In this document: positions 19,845-28,857 of the stretch, piece after piece
Layout of the letters: every line of letters begins with the position of its first letter
Numbering within the stretch: position 1 is the stretch's first letter
Program-made: the position numbers and the translations under genes
Source of the DNA: an uncultured Flavobacteriales bacterium
GTDB lineage: Bacteria; Bacteroidota; Bacteroidia; Flavobacteriales_D; CAJJDF01
Direction of reading: 5' to 3'
Length of the DNA stretch: 64,000 nt
Assembly (NCBI GenBank): GCA_937129365.1
Contig: CAKZNB010000049.1
Span: 133,498-197,497, forward strand
The notes under the pieces: generated by a model
Told to the model about the DNA's origin: nothing
The model's database searches: none
The model's input: only the letters and a program-made list of their open reading frames with translations

Positions 19845-22430
19845 ATGAATCCAGAAAAATTTACAATAAAAACACAAGAAGCTTTACAAGAAGCTCATCA
19901 TATAGCAGAAAACAACGGACACCAATTGATTGAAAATGGGCATTTGCTCCTTGGTTTGATTCAAGTGGACACCACTATTTTACCTTTTATGTTAAAGGAA
20001 GAAAATGTTGATGTACTTTCTTTTGAGAATGAGGTAAAATCTTTGGTAGAAACATACCCTAAAGTTTCAGGAGGAAACATTCAACTTTCTTCGGGAACTG
20101 CTAAAGTATTATCAAATGCACAACAATTTGCCACAAAAATGGAAGATGAATTTGTGTCATTAGACCATCTCCTTTTTGCGTTAAGCGAAAGTAGAGACCG
20201 AGTTTCTGATATTTTGAAAAATAATAACCTAACAACAAAACAACTTAAAAGACACAGTATGGACTTAAGAAATGGAGATAAAGTAACTTCTCAGTCTCAG
20301 GAAGATACTTATAAATCTCTCGAAAAATATGCCAATAATTTGAACGAAATGGCAAAAACTGGAAAATTAGATCCAGTAATAGGACGAGACGAAGAAATAA
20401 GAAGAGTACTTCAGATATTATCGAGAAGGACAAAAAATAATCCCATATTAATTGGAGAACCAGGAGTTGGTAAAACAGCGATTGCCGAGGGAATTGCCCA
20501 CAGAATTATAAGCAATGATGTGCCAGAGAATTTACAATCGAAACAACTGTATTCTTTAGATTTGAGTGCCTTGGTTGCAGGGGCAAAATTCAAAGGAGAA
20601 TTTGAAGAAAGGCTAAAAGCAGTGGTGAAAGAAGTAACCAAAAGCGAAGGAGAAATTATCCTATTTATAGACGAGATTCATACGCTAGTTGGTGCTGGTG
20701 GCGGACAAGGAGCAATGGATGCTGCCAATATTTTGAAGCCAGCTTTGGCTCGTGGAGAACTACGTTCAATTGGTGCAACTACCTTGGATGAATACCAAAA
20801 ACATTTTGAAAAAGACAAAGCTCTGGAAAGAAGATTTCAAAAAGTATTGGTGGATGAACCGACTACGGAAGATGCGATTTCGATATTAAGAGGGATTAAA
20901 GAAAAGTACGAAAATCACCATAAGGTGATGATTTTGGACTCAGCAATTATTTCTGCAGTAGAATTGTCTCAACGCTATATTTCAGATAGATTTTTGCCAG
21001 ATAAAGCCATTGATTTGATTGATGAGGCTTCTTCGAAATTGAGAATGGAAATAAACTCTAAACCCGAAGAGCTGGATGAAGTAGATAGAAAAATAATGCA
21101 ATTGGAGATTGAACGTGAAGCAATTAAGAGAGAGAAAGATAAGAAGAAGCTGGATCAACTGAGTGAAGATATTGCCAATTTGAAAGAGAAATCTCAAGAA
21201 TTGAGGGTGCAATGGCAAAGTGAAAAAGATGCGATTGAGAAAATTCAAAGTGCCAAAGAAGAGATTGAAAACTTGAAATTTGAGGCTGAAAGAGCTGAGC
21301 GTGAAGGAGATTTTGAGAAAGTAGCTGAAATTCGTTACGGAAAAATCACTCAGCTTCAACAAGAAATGGAGGAAGGAAAAGCCAAATTGAATGCTATTGA
21401 AAGTAAAGTGATAAAAGAAGAAGTGGATGTAGAAGACATTGCCGATGTGGTGAGCAAATGGACTGGAATTCCTGTGAACAAAATGTTGGCAAGTGAACGA
21501 GAAAAATTACTACAATTGGAATCCGTACTTGAAAATAGAGTAGTGGGACAAGAAGATGCTGTGGAAGCAGTGAGTGATGCAATACGAAGAAGTAGAGCAG
21601 GAGTGCAGGATGAAAAAAAGCCGATTGGTTCATTCATTTTCCTAGGAACTACAGGAGTTGGAAAAACAGAATTGGCAAAAACGCTAAGCGAATATTTGTT
21701 CAATGACGAAAACTCCATGACTCGAATTGATATGAGTGAATACCAAGAGAAACATGCAGTTTCCCGATTGGTGGGAGCTCCTCCAGGCTATGTTGGTTAC
21801 GAAGAGGGCGGACAATTGACCGAAGCTGTGCGAAGAAAGCCTTATTCTGTAATTCTGTTGGATGAAATTGAAAAAGCACATTCTGATGTGTTCAATATCT
21901 TGCTACAAGTATTGGATGATGGACGATTAACTGACAACAAAGGAAGAGTAGTAGATTTTAAAAACACCATTATCATCATGACTTCGAATATTGGTTCGCA
22001 CATTATTCAGGCAAATTTTGAAGGGATAGAGGAAAGTAACAAAGAGGAAATTGAGCGGAAAACAAAACTGGAAGTGTTTGATTTATTGAAGAAATCTGTC
22101 CGACCAGAGTTCTTGAACAGAATTGACGAAACGATTATGTTTCATCCTTTAACTCGAGAAAACGTAACCAAAATTACCAAGATTCAATTGGAATTATTGG
22201 CAAAGCGATTACAAAAAAATGGATTGCAAATTTCTACAACTCCCGAAGCTATTGAGTGGCTAGCTCAATTGGGTTACGATCCACAATTTGGAGCAAGACC
22301 AATTAAACGAGTTATCCAGAAAAAAGTGATGAACGAATTGTCAAAAGAAATTCTGTCAGGAAAAATAGACTCCGAAGAACCTATAATTATCGATAGTTTT
22401 GAGAACGATATTGTGTTTAGGAAAGGCTAA
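19845..22430 (+). CDS. clpB: ATP-dependent chaperone/disaggregase ClpB
   Basis: 861 aa. Clp N-domain, two AAA+ modules (GEPGVGKT and GTTGVGKT Walker A), long coiled-coil M-domain. Confidence 0.97.
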   Translation: MNPEKFTIKTQEALQEAHHIAENNGHQLIENGHLLLGLIQVDTTILPFMLKEENVDVLSFENEVKSLVETYPKVSGGNIQLSSGTAKVLSNAQQFATKMEDEFVSLDHLLFALSESRDRVSDILKNNNLTTKQLKRHSMDLRNGDKVTSQSQEDTYKSLEKYANNLNEMAKTGKLDPVIGRDEEIRRVLQILSRRTKNNPILIGEPGVGKTAIAEGIAHRIISNDVPENLQSKQLYSLDLSALVAGAKFKGEFEERLKAVVKEVTKSEGEIILFIDEIHTLVGAGGGQGAMDAANILKPALARGELRSIGATTLDEYQKHFEKDKALERRFQKVLVDEPTTEDAISILRGIKEKYENHHKVMILDSAIISAVELSQRYISDRFLPDKAIDLIDEASSKLRMEINSKPEELDEVDRKIMQLEIEREAIKREKDKKKLDQLSEDIANLKEKSQELRVQWQSEKDAIEKIQSAKEEIENLKFEAERAEREGDFEKVAEIRYGKITQLQQEMEEGKAKLNAIESKVIKEEVDVEDIADVVSKWTGIPVNKMLASEREKLLQLESVLENRVVGQEDAVEAVSDAIRRSRAGVQDEKKPIGSFIFLGTTGVGKTELAKTLSEYLFNDENSMTRIDMSEYQEKHAVSRLVGAPPGYVGYEEGGQLTEAVRRKPYSVILLDEIEKAHSDVFNILLQVLDDGRLTDNKGRVVDFKNTIIIMTSNIGSHIIQANFEGIEESNKEEIERKTKLEVFDLLKKSVRPEFLNRIDETIMFHPLTRENVTKITKIQLELLAKRLQKNGLQISTTPEAIEWLAQLGYDPQFGARPIKRVIQKKVMNELSKEILSGKIDSEEPIIIDSFENDIVFRKG

Positions 22431-22466
22431 ATCATTTGTGTAATTAAAAGATAAAGGAATTGAATC

Positions 22467-22512
22467 AAAACAGAAAGCCGAACAATGAATTCATTGTTCG
22501 GCTTTCTGTTTT
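22467..22512. terminator. Bidirectional intrinsic terminator between convergent clpB and the fasciclin gene
   Basis: Perfect 23-bp palindrome AAAACAGAAAGCCGAACAATGAA/TTCATTGTTCGGCTTTCTGTTTT, flanked by an A-run and a T-run. Confidence 0.85.
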
Positions 22513-22570
22513 GGATTTATTCTTTAATAATCAATTTTGGATTATTAAATGTAAATGATATGTCCAATTA

Positions 22571-23563
22571 TTATGGTAATAATACTTCATTAATAAGGTG
22601 AACCACTCCGTTTGTTGCATAGTTATCAGTTCCTGAAATTCCTACAGTAGTTGAACTTCCACCTGTTAAAGTAGTTCCAGTTGCATTGAATGTTAAGTCA
22701 GTTCCTTGAAGTGTGTTTATCACTTGTCCGTCAGATAATTGTCCTGCTTGAACAGTTCCGTTGGCTACATGGAAAGTTAATACTGATGTTAAAGTGGTAT
22801 TATCAATGTCACTAATTGCGTTCCATGCAGGATTTGTTGCTAATAAGTTTACAAACGCAGTATTTGATGGTGCAAAAACTGTATAGAAGTTACCATTTGA
22901 ACCGTCAAAAGTAGTTACTAAACCGGCTTCGCTAAGTGCAACAACTAAACTGTCAAGTCCAGCAGCTACTGCTAACTGAGAAATTGATTGTGTTGGTACT
23001 GTAGAAGGTATAGCTGGTACCAATACTTGGTCAACTACGTGAATTACACCATTTGATGCTGCTACATCCGTAGCTGAAACTGGGATTCCTGTTCCTGTTG
23101 TAGCGTTTACGTCAATTGTTACGCTTCCTGTTGTATTAATTTTGAATGTGAATCCTGACAATGTGTTTACGAAGTTTCCGTCTACAATATCAGCAGCCAT
23201 CACTTTACCATCCAATACATGGTATTTTAAAACAGTTGTTAATAAAGCATTATCAATATCACTGATACTATTCCAAGCTGGGTTAGTACCTAATAAAGTT
23301 ACGAAAGCTGCGTTTGTAGGAGCGAAAACAGTGAAAGGCCCAGAACTTGCTCCTTGGAAAGTAGAGACTAAGTTTGCTTCTGTTAGGGCTATAGCTAGGC
23401 TATCAAATCCTTGAGCAATAGCCACATCAATTATATCACCCTGAGCTGGAGCTGGAGTTGGAACCGGAACCGGATCGGTTGTTTCATCTTCTTTCTTACA
23501 AGATGCTAAAATTAGGCTTCCTGCTAATAGCAAGAATGATACTTTTAAAGTTAATTTTTTCAT
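22571..23563 (-). CDS. Fasciclin (FAS1) domain lipoprotein, two FAS1 repeats
   Basis: 330 aa. Lipobox LASC. Two internally repeated FAS1 units (TVFAPTNAAF.. / TVFAPSNTAF.., each ending NGVIHVxD/NGVVHLI). Confidence 0.85.
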   Translation of the reverse strand: MKKLTLKVSFLLLAGSLILASCKKEDETTDPVPVPTPAPAQGDIIDVAIAQGFDSLAIALTEANLVSTFQGASSGPFTVFAPTNAAFVTLLGTNPAWNSISDIDNALLTTVLKYHVLDGKVMAADIVDGNFVNTLSGFTFKINTTGSVTIDVNATTGTGIPVSATDVAASNGVIHVVDQVLVPAIPSTVPTQSISQLAVAAGLDSLVVALSEAGLVTTFDGSNGNFYTVFAPSNTAFVNLLATNPAWNAISDIDNTTLTSVLTFHVANGTVQAGQLSDGQVINTLQGTDLTFNATGTTLTGGSSTTVGISGTDNYATNGVVHLINEVLLP

Positions 23564-23891
23564 GATTTATTTGTTTAATGTTTTTATTAATGCTTCGAAG
23601 ATATGTCAAAAATATTTTTGTTTCACAATTTTATAAAAAGATTAAACAAAATAATTTTTATCTTTTTAAAATATGATTAATAGTTCAATAAAAATTTTAT
23701 TGGTTAAAGTATTGTAATTACTGAAAAAATGAAAGTTTTACTGCTTTTTTAATCTTCTTTTTTTAGAAGAATATTTTTTTATTTTTTTCAAAATTTGTCA
23801 AATAGACCTCTTAATTCGATTCAATTTTGATGAAAAAAGTTTATTATGAATTAACGAAAGATATTTTTCCAATAATTTTAATCTATTATCT

Positions 23892-24323
23892 TTATTTTTC
23901 AATCTCTATTTCTCCAGTTTCAGTAACTTTTAATAAATAGTTTGAGGAATCAATATTTTCGAGTTTGTAATCATAATAATGATAATTAAACTCTTTGATT
24001 ATTAAAAGATTATAATCTAGTGTTGTATATAATTTTCTCTTAGTAGAATTATAGCCTTCGTCAAGTATTTCTTTTTTTCTCACAAAGTAGATAGGGTGTT
24101 CTTTTATTACAGAATCATTTTTGAAAACACAAATATTTCGTTTAATAGCATTATTCAAATCATATTCTTTGATTCTAAATTCAATAGAATCATTAAGTCT
24201 AATGTGGTCTAGAAATTCTTTTTCGTCTATTTTTTTCTTTTTTACTCCGTTTTTTTCCTCAGACTCTTGAAGACAAGACGAGAAGATGGTTAAAGTAAAT
24301 AAGAATAGATAGGTTTTCTTCAT
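23892..24323 (-). CDS. Hypothetical lipoprotein
   Basis: 143 aa, signal peptide with FSSC lipobox, no recognisable domain. Confidence 0.5.
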   Translation of the reverse strand: MKKTYLFLFTLTIFSSCLQESEEKNGVKKKKIDEKEFLDHIRLNDSIEFRIKEYDLNNAIKRNICVFKNDSVIKEHPIYFVRKKEILDEGYNSTKRKLYTTLDYNLLIIKEFNYHYYDYKLENIDSSNYLLKVTETGEIEIEK

Positions 24324-24330
24324 TAGGTTT

Positions 24331-24951
24331 TTATTTTCTCTGGAAACTCATTTCAAAAGGAGTTCTATTTAGTATCGAATTTCCTAATGTCAATTCATCT
24401 GCATAAGCAAGTTCATCACCTACTGCTACGCCTCTAGATAGGATAGAAGTTTTGATTCCTGTTTCTTCAATTTTTTTGTAAATATAAAAATTAGTAGTAT
24501 CACCTTCCATGGTTGCACTTAAAGCAAAAATCAATTCTTTAGTTTCATTGGTTTTTACTTTTGTCACCAATTCTTCTATTTTCAGATCATTTGGACCAAT
24601 TCCGTCCATTGGGGAGATTAGTCCGCCCAGCACATGGTACACTCCTTTAAACTGAAGAGTGTTTTCAATTGCCATTACATCTCTTACATCTTCTACAACA
24701 CAAATAAGTGAATGGTCACGATTTGGGTTTGAACAGATTTCACATACAGTAGAATCTGCAATGTTTTGGCATTTAGAACAATATTGAATATCGCTTTTTA
24801 ATTTAAAAATTGCTTTTGCCAGGTCTTCAATATCTTCAGGATCTTGTTTAAGTAGGTGAAGCACAAATCGTAAGGCACTTCTTTTGCCAATGCTTGGTAA
24901 TGAAGAAAATTCTTCAACTGCTTGTTCTACTATTTTCGAAGGAATATTCAT
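24331..24951 (-). CDS. recR: Recombination protein RecR
   Basis: 206 aa; HhH N-terminus, C4 zinc finger CSKC..CEIC, Toprim domain. Confidence 0.95.
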   Translation of the reverse strand: MNIPSKIVEQAVEEFSSLPSIGKRSALRFVLHLLKQDPEDIEDLAKAIFKLKSDIQYCSKCQNIADSTVCEICSNPNRDHSLICVVEDVRDVMAIENTLQFKGVYHVLGGLISPMDGIGPNDLKIEELVTKVKTNETKELIFALSATMEGDTTNFYIYKKIEETGIKTSILSRGVAVGDELAYADELTLGNSILNRTPFEMSFQRK

Positions 24952-25074
24952 ATTTGTAAAGATAAAAAGTTTGAATTGAAAAAAATCTTATTTAGAATAA
25001 TCTTTCAATCTCTATTTTGTTCAAGTTAGTTTCTTTATTTTTGGATATCATAATACAATGAAAACAAACAAATA

Positions 25075-26136
25075 ATGAGAAAAATAATCTATCTTCTTTT
25101 ACTGGTTGGGATTGCAGCATGTAGCTTAGGAGAAAAATCTACCAAAAATAATAGTAAAAACATGAATCAAACTGAACTAAAGTCCCCAATAGGAAAAGCA
25201 TTTGGTTTTTATAATGTTGAAAATTTATTTGATACAATTGATAGTAAGTATACTATAGATGAGCAGTTTTTACCTTCTTCAGAGAAAGCTTGGAATACTA
25301 AAAAGTATTTTGAAAAATTGAACAATTTAGCAAAAGTGATTACTGCTATTGATAAGAAGTTGCCAATATTCATGGGGTTTGCTGAAATTGAAAATAAACT
25401 AGTAATTCAGGATTTGATTACGAATACAAACTTAAGAGAAGGAAATTATGGGATAGTTCATCATGAAAGCCCTGATAAACGAGGAATCGATTTGGGATTA
25501 ATTTATCGTAAGGAGTATATGAAGATTTTAAAAACTCAAAACATAAGAGTTAAAATAGCTTCTGAGCCAGATTTTGCAACCAGAGATATTATTTATGCAA
25601 AAGGGGAGTTAGCAGATAATGACATTATTCATATCTTTCTAAATCATTGGTCTTCAAGAAGAAGTGGGCAAGTAGAATCTGAATACAAAAGAGTGAGAGC
25701 AGCCACAATATTGCGTCAACAAGTAGATGTTTTGTTAGAAGAAGATCCTATGGCAAAAATTGTGATCATGGGAGATTTTAATGATTACCCAACTAACAAA
25801 AGCATCTATGTAACACTTAATGCCAAGGGAACACCCGATTTTAGTAATGGGCAATTATTTAATATGGCTTACAAATTAGAGAAAGAAGATAAAGGAACTT
25901 ACAACTATCGAGGAGATTGGGGAATGTTGGATCAGATGATAATTAGCAAAGGATTGTATAGTCCAGAGAAAGGAGTGGAAGTTTCGTATGACCAATGCTT
26001 AGTTTTGAGGAAAGAGTGGATGCTATATACCGATAAAAAATATGGAGACCAAAAACCTAGCAGAAGTTACGGAGGTCCAAAGTATTATGGAGGATATTCT
26101 GATCACCTTCCAATTTATTCAAAATTTGAAAAATAA
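25075..26136 (+). CDS. Endonuclease/exonuclease/phosphatase (EEP) family lipoprotein
   Basis: 353 aa. Lipobox AACS, FYNVENLFD N-terminal EEP motif, C-terminal GYSDHLP. Confidence 0.8.
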   Translation: MRKIIYLLLLVGIAACSLGEKSTKNNSKNMNQTELKSPIGKAFGFYNVENLFDTIDSKYTIDEQFLPSSEKAWNTKKYFEKLNNLAKVITAIDKKLPIFMGFAEIENKLVIQDLITNTNLREGNYGIVHHESPDKRGIDLGLIYRKEYMKILKTQNIRVKIASEPDFATRDIIYAKGELADNDIIHIFLNHWSSRRSGQVESEYKRVRAATILRQQVDVLLEEDPMAKIVIMGDFNDYPTNKSIYVTLNAKGTPDFSNGQLFNMAYKLEKEDKGTYNYRGDWGMLDQMIISKGLYSPEKGVEVSYDQCLVLRKEWMLYTDKKYGDQKPSRSYGGPKYYGGYSDHLPIYSKFEK

Positions 26137-26139
26137 AAT

Positions 26140-26511
26140 ATGGGACTTTTTAATTTTGGTTCATCTAAAAAAAACGAAATGAACTGGCATAGATTAAATT
26201 CTATGGAAGATTTAGATGCTGCAGTGAAATTATCTTTTGAAAAACCTGTTATGCTATTCAAGCACAGTACAAGATGTTCAATAAGCTCAATGGCACTAAA
26301 CAGAACTGAGAGTGGTTGGAATTTATCTGAAGATAAGGTAGTTCCCTATTATTTAGATTTAATTGCTCATAGAGATGTATCTGATGCTATTGCTGATAAG
26401 TTGAATGTATTTCATCAATCGCCACAAATGATTTTGGTAAAAAATGGGGAGGCCGTTATGGATGCTTCTCATAACGAAATAAGAGTGGAGTTGGTAAAAA
26501 AGGCTCTTTAA
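26140..26511 (+). CDS. ytxJ: Bacillithiol-system redox-active protein YtxJ (thioredoxin-like, DUF2847)
   Basis: 123 aa. LFKHSTRCSIS single-Cys TxxC-like motif typical of YtxJ. Confidence 0.8.
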   Translation: MGLFNFGSSKKNEMNWHRLNSMEDLDAAVKLSFEKPVMLFKHSTRCSISSMALNRTESGWNLSEDKVVPYYLDLIAHRDVSDAIADKLNVFHQSPQMILVKNGEAVMDASHNEIRVELVKKAL

Positions 26512-26518
26512 TTGAATT

Positions 26519-26552
26519 TTATAAAAGTTGTTATTCCTGCGAAGGCAGGAAT
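26519..26552. repeat. REP-like hairpin repeat, copy 1 (TTATAAAAGTTGTTATTCCTGCGAAGGCAGGAAT)
   Basis: Perfect 8-bp hairpin ATTCCTGC-GAAG-GCAGGAAT. A near-identical copy lies at 26847..26880. Confidence 0.8.
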
Positions 26553-26846
26553 CTTCGTGAATTAGTTGATGCTCGTTTTATCAGATTCTCTGTTTTCTTT
26601 TGGCTTGAACCAAAAAGAAACAAAAGTTCAAGACTTATTTTCAATTGTCTTTAAATATCTACAATTAAATCCCTCCTCAAAACCCAATCCCTGATAAGTT
26701 TAGAGTGTTTAATTGTTGGTTTTGAGGATTAACCTTTTGGTTTATTAATTGGGTATGTAGTTCAAGGATTTCTTTCACAAAGCCATCACACAATTTAATT
26801 GTGAATTTATACGAAATTAAAAAGAAATCGAGAAGAATATTCTCTG

Positions 26847-26880
26847 TTATAAAAGTTGTCATTCCTGCGAAGGCAGAAAT
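26847..26880. repeat. REP-like hairpin repeat, copy 2 (TTATAAAAGTTGTCATTCCTGCGAAGGCAGAAAT)
   Basis: Direct repeat of 26519..26552 with 2 mismatches. Lies 20 nt past the stop of the minus-strand thioesterase gene. Confidence 0.8.
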
Positions 26881-26900
26881 GATAGATGAATAGATTGGGT

Positions 26901-27317
26901 CTAATTTTGTTTTTTTCCAACAAACACAGTCAATCTTCCAGTAGAAACCAATTTTTCTTCCTCGTTAGTAATATTAACTTGCCACACATGGGTAGTTTTT
27001 CCTTTGTGGACTATTACAGCTTTTGCATACACAAACCCAGAACGGACAGCTCGTATGTGATTGATATTCAAATCCAATCCTGAAGAAAATGCAATTTCGT
27101 TATCTATTAATAAATGAGAACCAATACTTCCTAATGTCTCAATTAAAGCAGCTGAAGCACCGCCATGCATAATTCCCATAGGTTGGTGAGTTCTATTATC
27201 CACAGACATTTTACCACAGATATAATCTTCGCCTATTTCGGTGTATTCAATTCCTAAAGTCTCCATCATGGTATTTTTGGAAGAAGCATTCAATTGTGAT
27301 AAATCAGTGTTTTTCAT
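26901..27317 (-). CDS. Hotdog-fold acyl-CoA thioesterase (PaaI/YbdB family)
   Basis: 138 aa. HQPMGIMHGGASAAL motif. 4-nt overlap with rsmE. Confidence 0.85.
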   Translation of the reverse strand: MKNTDLSQLNASSKNTMMETLGIEYTEIGEDYICGKMSVDNRTHQPMGIMHGGASAALIETLGSIGSHLLIDNEIAFSSGLDLNINHIRAVRSGFVYAKAVIVHKGKTTHVWQVNITNEEEKLVSTGRLTVFVGKKQN

Positions 27318-28003
27318 AGTAAATTATAATGTGTGCAAGCAACAATAGCAGCAGTTTCGGTTCTCAATCTGGTTTCGCCCAAAGATAATTCATTAAATCC
27401 AGCTTGTTTTGCCAAGTCTATTTCTTTGGGAGTGAAATCTCCTTCGGGACCAATTAAAATAAGAGTAGATTTAGTTGAGGGTAGAGCATAAGAAAGTAAA
27501 TTTTTTTTCTCTCCATTTTCTTCGCAATGTGCAATGTATTTATTTGTAGAATTATCTTTTAGTAATTCTTTAAAAGTAATTATAGGATTCAACACAGGTA
27601 AATGAAAACTCTTGGATTGTTTCCCGGCAGAAACAATAATTTTCTCCATTCTTTCAGCTTTCAGTACTTTCCGCTCAGAGCGTTCGCAGAGGATAGGAGT
27701 AACTTGAGAAATGCCAATTTCGGTAGCTTTTTCTAGAAAAAACTCCATGCGGTTGTTGTTTTTGGTAGGAGCAATGGCAATGTGCAAATGGTTGTGTTGA
27801 AGAAAACTCTGTTTACTTTTTATAGCAACATGGCTTTTTTTTGAGCCAATTTGAGTGAGTTCACATTCAAATAAATCGCCAGTTCCATTCATTATCCATA
27901 TAGAATCACCTACTTGCTTTCTCAGTACTCTTGTGACATGAGTATGTTCTTCTTTTTCAAGAAAAAGTTCTGTTTCTATTTTGGGATTGTAGAATAATTG
28001 CAT
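27314..28003 (-). CDS. rsmE: 16S rRNA (uracil1498-N3)-methyltransferase RsmE
   Basis: 229 aa. MQLFY start, PUA-like N-domain, SPOUT C-domain with LIGPEGDF. Confidence 0.9.
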   Translation of the reverse strand: MQLFYNPKIETELFLEKEEHTHVTRVLRKQVGDSIWIMNGTGDLFECELTQIGSKKSHVAIKSKQSFLQHNHLHIAIAPTKNNNRMEFFLEKATEIGISQVTPILCERSERKVLKAERMEKIIVSAGKQSKSFHLPVLNPIITFKELLKDNSTNKYIAHCEENGEKKNLLSYALPSTKSTLILIGPEGDFTPKEIDLAKQAGFNELSLGETRLRTETAAIVACTHYNLL

Positions 28004-28004
28004 G

Positions 28005-28128
28005 GTAACGCAAAGATGGGGATTTTTTCATTAGTCGTTCACCTGTAGCCATTAAAACTCAGTCTTTTTTTTAAATTTATCTTGATATTATTGGTCCCAA
28101 AGTCTTTGAATAAGCGTCTGTTTTAGTG
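28005..28128. repeat. Degenerate attC-like palindrome (element Z) between the GNAT stop and the rsmE start
   Basis: On the + strand GTAACG-CAAAGA-TGGGGA (28005-28022) pairs imperfectly with TCCCA..TCTTTG..GTT (28095-28122). TTAGTG at 28123-28128 is complementary to CACTAA at 28664-28669. Much weaker than elements A and B. Confidence 0.3.
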
Positions 28129-28659
28129 ATGCTTATTTTTTATTATAAGTTTTTTGTCACACCAATACCAGACTACATCTTCACCTCCAGGTTCATAAGG
28201 CGCAAATTTATCAAATTCCATCCCAACTTTTTCCATAACTTTTATAGATGCTTTATTTTCCTTCATAGCAATTGCTATTATCTGTCTTAATTCGAGTTTA
28301 TCAAATCCATATGTTAAAATTGCTTGAGATGCTTCTGTTGCAAAACCCATCCCCCAATATTGAGGGGAGAATCTATAACCAAGATCAATTTCATCAAATT
28401 CAGGTAGATACGCTAAACCAGCCCAGCCAACAAAATGCATTCCATTTTTTAGAAAGGTAGCCCATCTTCCGTATCCATAATTCTCATAGTCGTTAATTCT
28501 TGTTTTTATTGCCTGTTCCATTTCTTCTAAAGATTCAACCAGAGGTTCTCCTGTGTACTTTTGTACATCAGAATTAGAATGCAACTTAAAAAGTTCCTCT
28601 TTATCATCTAAGGTGATTTTCCTTAATAATAATCTCTTTGTTTCTATCAAAATTTTCAT
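28123..28659 (-). CDS. GNAT-family N-acetyltransferase (RimJ/RimL-like, Acetyltransf_3-type)
   Basis: 178 aa. ETKRLLLRKITLDD start and QYWGMGFATEA acetyl-CoA region. Confidence 0.85.
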   Translation of the reverse strand: MKILIETKRLLLRKITLDDKEELFKLHSNSDVQKYTGEPLVESLEEMEQAIKTRINDYENYGYGRWATFLKNGMHFVGWAGLAYLPEFDEIDLGYRFSPQYWGMGFATEASQAILTYGFDKLELRQIIAIAMKENKASIKVMEKVGMEFDKFAPYEPGGEDVVWYWCDKKLIIKNKHH

Positions 28660-28665
28660 TTTTCA

Positions 28666-28857
28666 CTAACGGTTGGTATAAGAAACGTAGGGCAGGGTAA
28701 AAGTACTATCGTTTCGGTTTATTACTTAGCTAAATATAAATATTTTGCTTTTATCTTATCGATTTTAAATGCCAAATTTTATATTTGGCGGACTTTGTAA
28801 ATAAACACAGACCTTTAGGCAAGCCAAGAATGCCCTATGTTTTTTATACATTGTTAG
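28666..28857. repeat. attC-like structured palindrome, element A (192 bp)
   Basis: + strand CTAAC(28666-70)...GTTAG(28853-57). Long imperfect stem of 5 bp, a 5x3-nt internal loop, 6 bp, G-T, 4 bp, G-T, 7 bp. Conserved core hairpin GCCAAAT-N5-ATTTGGC followed by GGAC. Confidence 0.6.

Noticed and set aside
20245-21881. Six minus-strand ORFs of 62-126 aa (20245.., 20411.., 20982.., 21356.., 21394.., 21684..).
   Set aside because: All lie antisense inside clpB, whose product is unmistakable. Their translations are low-complexity (L/F/S-rich) shadows of the K/E-rich coiled-coil coding region.
26677-26862. 61-aa minus-strand ORF between the REP-like repeats; also 26886..27083 +.
   Set aside because: The start overlaps the repeat hairpin, the sequence is low-complexity, and there are no motifs. 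The second ORF is antisense to the thioesterase gene.
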